Shown here in pieces: positions 38,951 through 46,696 of a stretch of DNA of 64,000 bases (position 1 is the first letter of the stretch; each line of letters begins with the position of its first letter). This DNA comes from Myxococcales bacterium. GTDB taxonomy: Bacteria; Myxococcota_A; UBA9042; JABWCM01; BTVJ01. The DNA lies in contig BTVJ01000010.1 in the NCBI GenBank assembly GCA_045863395.1, positions 32,001 to 96,000 of the forward strand. Direction: 5' to 3'. The notes beneath the pieces are model-generated. The model searched no databases. It saw only the letters and a program-made list of their open reading frames with translations, and was not told the DNA's origin. Both the position numbers and the translations under genes were made by a program.

Positions 38951-39652
38951 GTGCTGGAAGCGAGAGGGCTGCGCAAGGAGTACAGCGGGTTCGTTGCCCT
39001 GAAGGGGCTCGACCTGCGCATCGGGGCGGGGGAGGTCTTCTGCCTGCTCGGGGCCAACGGGGCCGGCAAGACGACGACCATCCAGCTCTTCCTGGGGTTC
39101 ATCGCGCCGACGCAGGGGACGGCGCTCATCCACGGGCTGGACGTGGCGCAGAGCGGGGTCGAGACGCGCAAGCACCTCGCGTACATCCCCGAGAACGTCA
39201 TGCTCTACCCGAACCTCACGGGCATCGAGAACCTGGAGTTCTTCACGCGCCTGGCAGGTAGGGAGGTGCCGACCCCGGAGCTGCGCGAGACCCTGGCGCA
39301 GGCCGGGCTGGCCCGGGAGGCGGCCGACCGGCGCGTGCGCACCTACTCGAAGGGAATGCGCCAGAAGGTGGGGATCGCCATGGCCATGGCCAAGGGGGCG
39401 TCCGTCCTGCTCCTCGATGAGCCGACCTCGGGCCTCGACCCCAAGGCGTCCAACGAGTTCTCGAAGCTCATCGAGACCATGCGCGACCAGGGGGTGGCCG
39501 TGCTCATGGCGACCCACGACATCTTCCGCTCGAAAGAGGTAGGCACCCGGGTCGGCATCATGAAGCACGGCGAGCTGGTCGCGACCCTGGACACGGCCGA
39601 GTGGAGCCACGCCGACCTGGAGGGCGTCTACCTCCAGCACATGCACGACTGA
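38951..39652 (+). CDS. ABC transporter ATP-binding protein
   Basis: Walker A GANGAGKT, signature YSKGMRQK, Walker B LLLDEPT, ATH switch. GTG start chosen from the GGAGG RBS and promoter; upstream in-frame starts exist. Confidence 0.93.
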   Translation: MLEARGLRKEYSGFVALKGLDLRIGAGEVFCLLGANGAGKTTTIQLFLGFIAPTQGTALIHGLDVAQSGVETRKHLAYIPENVMLYPNLTGIENLEFFTRLAGREVPTPELRETLAQAGLAREAADRRVRTYSKGMRQKVGIAMAMAKGASVLLLDEPTSGLDPKASNEFSKLIETMRDQGVAVLMATHDIFRSKEVGTRVGIMKHGELVATLDTAEWSHADLEGVYLQHMHD

Positions 39653-41082
39653 TGAAGCTCGGGACCCTCATCGGCACCGTCGCTCGGAAGGAGTGGCGCG
39701 AGATGGTGCGCGACGGCCGCCTCTGGCTCGCCGGCGCGGCCACCGTCGGGCTGCTCCTGGTCTCCCTGGCCTTCGGCTGGCAGCAGGCCCGCGCCGTCCA
39801 CCAGGAGCGCGCCGCCGCCTCAGAGACGGCCCGCGACCAGTGGGAGGCCCAAGGCGAGAAGAACCCGCACATGGCCGGTCACTACGGCATGTACGTGTTC
39901 AAGCCGGGCGGCGCGCTCTCCTTCGTCGATCCAGGGCTCGAGCCCTTCCTCGGGGTCTCCGTGAAGCTGGAGGCGCACAAGCGCAACCCTCCGGGGCACG
40001 CGGCCGCTCAGGATCGCACGGCGCTCCAGCAGCTCGGGGGGCTCTCGGTGGCAGGCGTCCTGCAGCTCCTGGTGCCGCTCCTGATCCTGGGGCTCGGCTT
40101 CGGCGCCTGGACCGCCGAGCGGGAGCGCGGGACCCTGCGACAGCTCGCGGCCTCGGGGGTGCGCCCGTCGGCGCTCCTCCTCGGGAAGGTGCTCGGGCTG
40201 CTCTCGGTGCTGGCGGCGCTGCTCGTGCCGGCGGTGGCCCTCGGCGCCGCGGTGGTCGCGCTGCTCGGAGGCGGCGCCGTGGACGCCGGGCGCCTCGCCC
40301 TGCTCCTCGCCGCCTACCTGGTCTACTTCGGCGTCTACGTGGCGGTGGCGCTCGTCGTCTCGGCGCTCGCGCCCAGCTCGCGCCTCGCGCTGGTGGGCCT
40401 GCTCGGGTTCTGGGTGGGGACAGCCGTTGTCGCCCCGCGGGTCGTGGCCGGCGTCGTCGACGCCGCGGCGCCGGTGCCATCGGCAGAGGAGCTGACGCGA
40501 GACCTGCGCAAGAGCCTCGCCGAGGGCCTCGCCGGAGTGCCCCGCGAGGAGCGCATCGAGGCGCTGTCCAAGGAGCTCCTGCGCCAGCACGGGTTCGAGG
40601 GCGCAGAGATGATGATGCCGGAGGCGCTGCTCCAGGGGCTGGAGCTCCAGGCCGAGGCCCGCTTCGAGGCCGAGGTCCTCGACCACCACTACGGGCTGCT
40701 CGACCAGGCGTCGGAGCGCCAGGAGCGCCTGCTCCAGTGGCTCGCGGTGGCGTCCCCGACGCTGGCAGTGCGCTCCCTGTCCATGGCGCTCGCGGGCACC
40801 GACCACGCCCACCACCGGCACTTCTCGGGCGCGGCCGAGGCCCACCGGCGCACCCTGCTGCAGATGCTCGACGACGAGTTCGCCACGAACGCCGGTGATG
40901 CGGGCTGGGACTACACGGTGGGCGCAGAGTTCTGGGCCCGGGCGCCGGCGTTCGTCTACGCGCAGCCGGGCGCTCCGTGGGCGCTCGAGCAGCAGCAGGT
41001 GGCGGGACCGGTGCTCCTCGGGTGGCTGGTGTTGGGCAGCCTGGCGGCCTGGGGCGCTGCGCGCCGCCTCCAGGTCGTGTGA
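39652..41082 (+). CDS. ABC-2 permease, DUF3526-like
   Basis: ARKEWREMVRDGR, KNPHMAGHYGMYVFKP, ERERGTLRQL; multiple TM helices. Confidence 0.85.
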   Translation: MKLGTLIGTVARKEWREMVRDGRLWLAGAATVGLLLVSLAFGWQQARAVHQERAAASETARDQWEAQGEKNPHMAGHYGMYVFKPGGALSFVDPGLEPFLGVSVKLEAHKRNPPGHAAAQDRTALQQLGGLSVAGVLQLLVPLLILGLGFGAWTAERERGTLRQLAASGVRPSALLLGKVLGLLSVLAALLVPAVALGAAVVALLGGGAVDAGRLALLLAAYLVYFGVYVAVALVVSALAPSSRLALVGLLGFWVGTAVVAPRVVAGVVDAAAPVPSAEELTRDLRKSLAEGLAGVPREERIEALSKELLRQHGFEGAEMMMPEALLQGLELQAEARFEAEVLDHHYGLLDQASERQERLLQWLAVASPTLAVRSLSMALAGTDHAHHRHFSGAAEAHRRTLLQMLDDEFATNAGDAGWDYTVGAEFWARAPAFVYAQPGAPWALEQQQVAGPVLLGWLVLGSLAAWGAARRLQVV

Positions 41083-41093
41083 CGGGAGGGACG

Positions 41094-42482
41094 ATGCTCT
41101 GGACCGTGATTCGCGTCGAGTGGCGCAACCTGGCCGGGGAGCGGGCCGTGTGGGCGGTCGTCGCGCTCTTCGCCGCGCTGGTGGCCTGGGCCGCCATCAC
41201 GGGGGGCCGGGACGCCCACGCCCGCCAGGAGGCGGCGCAGGCAGCCCTGACGGAGGAACAGGATCGGCTCGCGCGCCTGCGCGCGGAGGCTTCGGCCCCC
41301 GGCCAGGCGACGGACCCCCACATGGTCGGTCGCGAGCTGGGCCGCCGCACGGCCATCCTCTCCGAGGGGCCCCTCGCGTCGGTGGTCGGTGGCCGAGAGC
41401 CCCACGTCGTCGTTGTCTCCACGGAGAGCCGCGCCACCACCAGCGAGGCGGAGCTGGGGAGCCCGATCCGCCAGGTGGCGGGCGCCTTCGACCTGACCTT
41501 CGTGTTCGTCACGTTGCTGCCGCTGGTGGTGGTGGCCCTGACCTTCGACCTCCTCGCGGGGGAACGGGAGCGCGGCACCCTGGCGCTGGTCCTCGCCCAG
41601 CCGGTGTCGCTGACCACCTTCGCCCTGGGCAAGGCGCTCCAGCGCGCGCTCCTGCTTCTCGGGGTGGTCATGGCCGCGGCGCTGGCCGGGCCGGCCCTCG
41701 CGGGGGGCGAGCTCTTCGCCGACGGCGGCCTGCGCACGACCCTCTACGCGGCCCTGCTCGTCGCGTACACCGCCTTCTGGTTTGCGGCGGCCCTGGCGGT
41801 CAACGCCTGGGGCCAGAGCTCCGCGGGAAACGCCCTGGCGCTCGTCGCCCTCTGGCTTGGCCTCGTGGTCGTGGTGCCGGGACTGGTCGCTGTGGTCGTG
41901 GACGCAGTGTATCCCCCCCCCTCCCGGGTGGAGCTGGTCAACATGGCCCGCGCCGCCGCCGCCGAGGCGGAGGACGAGGCGAGCACCATCGAGGGAGACC
42001 ACGGCGCGCCCAAGGGCGAGACCCTCGGCGACCGCTACCGGACGACCGTGAAGCGATCCCTGGCCGTGCAGGAGGAGCTGGAGCGGCGCGTGGAGCCCGT
42101 GGTCGCCGCCTTCCGGGAGCAGCTCGACCACCAGCAGTCCCTGGTCAACCGCCTGCGCTTCCTGTCGCCGGCCATCGTGCTGCACGAGGGCCTGCACGAC
42201 GTGGCGGGGACGGGCGTGGAGCGCCGCTCGGGCTTCCACGGCCAGGTCGAGGACTTCCATGGCGCGTGGCGCGCCTTCTTCCACGAGCGCGCGTTGAGCG
42301 GGGCGCCCCTGGCGCCGGCCGACTACGACGCCCTCCCCGCCTTCCGCCACGTCGAGGAGCCGACGGGAGACCTGACGCGGCGCGTCGGCGCCGGGGTCGC
42401 CGGCCTGCTGGTCCCTGCTCTCGCCCTGCTCGGCGCCGCGGTGCTGGGCCTGCGCCGCCCCGAGGCGGCCGGCATCCGCTGA
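41094..42482 (+). CDS. ABC-2 permease, DUF3526-like (second subunit)
   Basis: GAFDLTFVFVTLLPL, GERERGTLALV, LSPA..L.DVAGT; multiple TM helices. Confidence 0.85.
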   Translation: MLWTVIRVEWRNLAGERAVWAVVALFAALVAWAAITGGRDAHARQEAAQAALTEEQDRLARLRAEASAPGQATDPHMVGRELGRRTAILSEGPLASVVGGREPHVVVVSTESRATTSEAELGSPIRQVAGAFDLTFVFVTLLPLVVVALTFDLLAGERERGTLALVLAQPVSLTTFALGKALQRALLLLGVVMAAALAGPALAGGELFADGGLRTTLYAALLVAYTAFWFAAALAVNAWGQSSAGNALALVALWLGLVVVVPGLVAVVVDAVYPPPSRVELVNMARAAAAEAEDEASTIEGDHGAPKGETLGDRYRTTVKRSLAVQEELERRVEPVVAAFREQLDHQQSLVNRLRFLSPAIVLHEGLHDVAGTGVERRSGFHGQVEDFHGAWRAFFHERALSGAPLAPADYDALPAFRHVEEPTGDLTRRVGAGVAGLLVPALALLGAAVLGLRRPEAAGIR

Positions 42483-42485
42483 GAC

Positions 42486-43196
42486 CTACTGCACGATGGC
42501 GATGAGCTCCACGTCGAACACCAGCATTCCCTGAGGTCGCCCGGCCTGCCCAGCATACGCGAGGTTCTCGGGGATCCAGAACCGCCGCTCCTCGCCCTCC
42601 ACCATGAGCTGGAGCCCCTCCGTCCAGCCGGCGATCACCCGGTTGAGCGGGAACTGGGCGGGCTGCCCGCGGGAGACCGAGCTGTCGAAGGAGCGCCCGT
42701 CGGTGGTCCAGCCCGTGTAGTGGACCCGCACCAGGCTCGTGGGCCCGGGCTTGCGCTGCCCGCTGCCGGGTGTAAGCACCTTGCTCGCCAGCCCGCTGGG
42801 CGTCCGCTCGGCGTCCGCAGGGGGGGCTGCCACGTCGGCGGGTGCAGGGGGGGCCTCCTTGGGCACGACCCCGCCCACCATGCGCGTGGCCCCCATCTCG
42901 GCCATGATCTGCGCGTAGGAGGCCACGCGGCCGTCCTGGTGGTGGCAGTGGTTCCGGTGACAGTTGAAGTAGCCAGCGGGGGGGTTCGCCGGGTCGAACA
43001 CGATCTCCTTCGCGGCCTGCGCCGCCACGAGGGCCGGGTCGACGGACTGCTCCCCGGGCGTGGACGGCGCCGGGGTGGGCGCTGCCTCGGGCGCCGCCAC
43101 GGGCGCCGGGGGCGGGGCGTCCTTCTTCGCCGGGGGCGGCGTGCCCTTGCACGCCCCGAACACGACCATGACTGCTACCGCTACCCAGATCCGCAT
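42486..43196 (-). CDS. FKBP-type peptidyl-prolyl isomerase, lipoprotein with a His/Cys-rich N-terminal module
   Basis: Lipobox VFGA/C; VHYTGWTTDGRSFDSS, VIAGWTEGLQLM, WIPENLAY, LVFDVEL. Confidence 0.92.
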   Translation of the reverse strand: MRIWVAVAVMVVFGACKGTPPPAKKDAPPPAPVAAPEAAPTPAPSTPGEQSVDPALVAAQAAKEIVFDPANPPAGYFNCHRNHCHHQDGRVASYAQIMAEMGATRMVGGVVPKEAPPAPADVAAPPADAERTPSGLASKVLTPGSGQRKPGPTSLVRVHYTGWTTDGRSFDSSVSRGQPAQFPLNRVIAGWTEGLQLMVEGEERRFWIPENLAYAGQAGRPQGMLVFDVELIAIVQ

Positions 43197-43352
43197 CGCC
43201 TCCTCCTGTGGCTCTGTCGAGAGGGGCGATCCAATACACGAACCCGTGGGCCAGGAAAAGCAAAACCGGCGCTGGAACCCGCCGTGCGCCCCGGCTCATG
43301 GATGCCTGGCCCACCCGCGGGGTTCGCGGGCAGCGCCTTCAAGGAGCGCGGC

Positions 43353-44435
43353 TCAGACGGCTCCCCGCGCCAGCGTCGCCAGCTCCGCCGCGCCGAAGGT
43401 GACCGCCTCGCGGGGGACGCGGCGCCAGTCGAACGCGGCGACCAGCTCCGGCAGGTGGGGAGAGTCGAGGCCCACGGAGCGGGCCAGCCACAGGCGGAGA
43501 CGCTCCGCCTGGACGCCCGCCTCGCGGAGCGCGGCGACGTGGAGAGACCGGTTGCGCTTGGCGAGGCGCCGGCCGTCGTCGCCGAACACCAGGGGGACGT
43601 GGACCCAGGCGGGCGGCTCCCAGGTGGCGGCTCGCTCCCACAGCGCCTCCAGCTCGGGATCCTCCTGCGAGCGCCGCCCTCCGCCACCCCGGCGCGCCGC
43701 GACGTCCCGCAGCGCACCATACACGGCGAGCTGCTGCGCCGTCGCGTCCAGCAGGTCGTCGCCGCGCACGACCTCGGTGACGCCCATGGCCACGTCGTCG
43801 ACGACGGCGGCGAGCATGTAGGCGAAGCCCCCGTCCTTGCGGCGGACGACGATGTCCCCCGAGTGGTGCGGCAGGGAGACGGTCCGCGCCCCCCGCAGCC
43901 GATCCTCGAAGGTCACGACCCCATCGGGCACGCGCAGGCGCCACGCCACGCCGAGCGCAGCGCGCCCCGCAGCCTGGGCCCGGCTCGCCTCCACCGCGAG
44001 CGCGTCCTCCTCTGCGTCGAACGCCCCCCGACACAGGCCCGGGTATGGAGTCCCCTGATCCTCCGCGTGGGGGGCGGTCGCGGCTGCCTCGATGTCCTTG
44101 CGGGTGCAGACACACGGGTAGGCGAGCCCGGCGCGCTCCATGGCCCGGAGCACGCCCTCATACACCCCTGACCGCCCGCTCTGGCGCACGCTTCGCGCCC
44201 CCCACGCGGGGTCCCACGCACCCGCGAGGAGCGGCGCCTCATCCCAGTCGAGCCCCAGCCACCGCAGGTCGGCGACCAGGGCGTCCACGTGGTCCTCCCC
44301 GGGGAGCAGGTCCTCGATGCGCAGGAAGATGCGACCGCCGACGGCCCGGGCCGACAGCCACGCGAGCAGGAGGGACCGGGCGTTGCCCACGTGCAGGAGC
44401 CCGGTCGGGCTGGGCGCGAGCCGCCCGACCACCAA
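43353..44435 (-). CDS. gluQ: Glutamyl-Q tRNA(Asp) synthetase
   Basis: GRLAPSPTGLLHVGN (HIGH-like), LRIEDL, YPCVCTRK, VVRGDDL, RLAKR (KMSKS-like); no anticodon-binding domain. Confidence 0.85.
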   Translation of the reverse strand: MVVGRLAPSPTGLLHVGNARSLLLAWLSARAVGGRIFLRIEDLLPGEDHVDALVADLRWLGLDWDEAPLLAGAWDPAWGARSVRQSGRSGVYEGVLRAMERAGLAYPCVCTRKDIEAAATAPHAEDQGTPYPGLCRGAFDAEEDALAVEASRAQAAGRAALGVAWRLRVPDGVVTFEDRLRGARTVSLPHHSGDIVVRRKDGGFAYMLAAVVDDVAMGVTEVVRGDDLLDATAQQLAVYGALRDVAARRGGGGRRSQEDPELEALWERAATWEPPAWVHVPLVFGDDGRRLAKRNRSLHVAALREAGVQAERLRLWLARSVGLDSPHLPELVAAFDWRRVPREAVTFGAAELATLARGAV

Positions 44436-44438
44436 GAG

Positions 44439-46067
44439 CTACTCCCCCATGTGCGGGTAGCGCCACCCGACGGGCGACACCAGGGTCTCCTTGATGACCC
44501 GCGGCGACGCCCACCGCAGCAGGTTCAGGGCGCTCCCGGCCTTGTCGTTGGTCCCGCTCTTCCGTCCGCCCCCAAAGGGCTGCTGCCCCACGACCGCCCC
44601 CGTCGGCTTGTCGTTGACGTAGAAGTTTCCTGCCGCGTGCCGCAGGCGCGCTGTCGCCTCAGCCACCGCCGCACGGTCCCGGGCGAGGATCGATCCCGTC
44701 AGCCCGTAGGGAGTACTCTCGTCCACGAGGCGCAGGACCGCCCCCCACTCGTGGTCGTCGTAGGGCAGCACGGTCAGCACGGGCCCGAAGATCTCCTCCA
44801 CCATGGTCTTGAAGGTCGGGTTGCTGGTCTCGATGAGCGTCGGCGCCACGAACCACCCCTCCCTGTCGTCGCACCCGCCTCCCGCGACGATGGTCGCGTC
44901 GGCGGCCTCCCGCGCGAAGTCGATGTACCGCTTGATCTTGCGGAAGGCGCGCTCGTCGATGACCGCCCCCATGAAGTTGCGGAGGTCGCGCACATCCCCC
45001 ATGGTGATCCGGTCCATCTCTCCGACCAGGCGCTCCCGCACCGCCGGCCACAGGCTCCGGGGCACGTAGGCGCGGCTGGCGGCGCTGCACTTCTGGCCCT
45101 GGAACTCGAAGGCCCCGCGCAAGAGCGCCACCACCACGGCGTCCACGTCGGCGCTGCGGTGCACCAGCACGAAGTCCTTGCCGCCGGTCTCGCCGACGAG
45201 GCGTGGGTAGCTGCGATAGGCGGCGACGTTCTCACCCACCGTTCGCCAGATGTGCTCGAAGGTGGCCGTGCTGCCCGTGAAGTGCACCCCCGCGAGCTCC
45301 GGGTGCGACAGGGCCGCCGCCCCGATGGTCGGCCCGTCTCCGGGCACGAAGTTGATGACCCCCTCGGGGAGCCCCGCCTCGTGCAACAGCCGCAGCACCT
45401 GCCACGCGGCGTAGGTGCCGGTCTCCGCGGGCTTCCACACGACCGTGCAGCCCATCAGCGCGGGCGCCGTGGGCAGGTTGCCGGCGATGGCGGTGAAGTT
45501 GAAGGGCGTGACGGCAAAGACGAACCCCTCCAGGCCCCGCATCTCCATGCGGTTCCAGAAGCCCGGGGGGCTCAGGGGCTGCCCCACCGCCAATTCCCGC
45601 GCAAAGTAGGCGTTGTAGCGCCAGAAGTCGGCCAGCTCGCACGCGGCATCGATCTCCGCCTGGAAGGCGGTCTTGGACTGGCCGAGCATCGTCGCGGCGT
45701 TCAGCGTGTCGCGCCACGGCCCGCTCAGCAGGTCCGCCGCCCGCAGGAACACGGCCGCCCGCTCCTCCCAGGGCAGCGCCTCCCAGGCCGGGCGCGCCTC
45801 CAGGGCCGCTTTGATGGCCATGCCGACGTGCTCCTCGCCCGCCTGGTGGAACACCCCGAGCCGGTGCGCGCGCCGATGGGGCATGCGCAGCTCACCGGTC
45901 TGTGCCGTGTGGATGGCGCGCCCCCCGACGATCAGCGGCACCTCCACCTCGCCCGAGGACAGCTCGTCGAGGCGCCACTCCAGAGACGCCCGCTCGGGCG
46001 ACCCCGGCGCGTAGGAGCGCACGGGCTCATTGTACGGTTGCGGTGGCTGGGTGACGGCGATGCTCAT
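44439..46067 (-). CDS. pruA: L-glutamate gamma-semialdehyde (P5C) dehydrogenase
   Basis: NEPVRSYAPGSPER, QAEIDAACE, PFNFTAI, GETGGK, FQGQKCSA, NDKPTGAVVGQQPFGG. Confidence 0.95.
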   Translation of the reverse strand: MSIAVTQPPQPYNEPVRSYAPGSPERASLEWRLDELSSGEVEVPLIVGGRAIHTAQTGELRMPHRRAHRLGVFHQAGEEHVGMAIKAALEARPAWEALPWEERAAVFLRAADLLSGPWRDTLNAATMLGQSKTAFQAEIDAACELADFWRYNAYFARELAVGQPLSPPGFWNRMEMRGLEGFVFAVTPFNFTAIAGNLPTAPALMGCTVVWKPAETGTYAAWQVLRLLHEAGLPEGVINFVPGDGPTIGAAALSHPELAGVHFTGSTATFEHIWRTVGENVAAYRSYPRLVGETGGKDFVLVHRSADVDAVVVALLRGAFEFQGQKCSAASRAYVPRSLWPAVRERLVGEMDRITMGDVRDLRNFMGAVIDERAFRKIKRYIDFAREAADATIVAGGGCDDREGWFVAPTLIETSNPTFKTMVEEIFGPVLTVLPYDDHEWGAVLRLVDESTPYGLTGSILARDRAAVAEATARLRHAAGNFYVNDKPTGAVVGQQPFGGGRKSGTNDKAGSALNLLRWASPRVIKETLVSPVGWRYPHMGE

Positions 46068-46102
46068 GGTGGTCCTCCAATCCCCCGGAAGTGGGCGCAG
46101 TC

Positions 46103-46696
46103 TCAGCGCGCCTTATCGCACGCCCCGGGGGCTACGAACAAGTCGAGGGACTCCCCCCGCTTGAGCGGGTAGCCGGTCGCCGCCAGCTCGCGCAGGTCCG
46201 CCACGGGCGCCCCCCACGCGAGGCGCGGGTCCGCTATGACCTTGACCGGGACGTCGAACTTCGGGTCCTTGTGGTGGTCGCGCAAGCCCACGCGGTGGGG
46301 CGCGCCATCACTCCAGGGGGCGGGGAGCCGCAGGGTGAGCGTGATGCCCAGCTCGGCGCCCGAGTCCGTGGTGTCGTCGCCGCCCAGCAGGACCGCGTTC
46401 CCCGCCGGCAGCGCCACGGACTCGTGGTCCACCTCCAGGCGCAACGTGAACAGCGCGACGTCCACGAGGCTCGCCCGCAGGCGGTCTCTCTCGTCGTCGG
46501 AGAGGGCGCCGTCGCCGTCCGCGTCGAAGCGCTGCCGGGCCTCCATGGAGTCGTCCCCCGCCTGGAGCGAGTAGAACACGACCACCTGGAGCGTGGTGCA
46601 GCCGGCGCGCACGGTCAGGAGCTTCGGGTGCTCGGCGGTGTGGGCCAGCGCTGCCGCCGACCAGAGGCACCCGACAACCCCAACCCAAGCCCTCAT
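46103..46696 (-). CDS. Secreted hypothetical protein (197 aa) with an EF-hand-like loop
   Basis: Signal peptide ending AALA/H; FDADGDGALSDDE; ATG overlaps the upstream stop. Confidence 0.7.
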   Translation of the reverse strand: MRAWVGVVGCLWSAAALAHTAEHPKLLTVRAGCTTLQVVVFYSLQAGDDSMEARQRFDADGDGALSDDERDRLRASLVDVALFTLRLEVDHESVALPAGNAVLLGGDDTTDSGAELGITLTLRLPAPWSDGAPHRVGLRDHHKDPKFDVPVKVIADPRLAWGAPVADLRELAATGYPLKRGESLDLFVAPGACDKAR

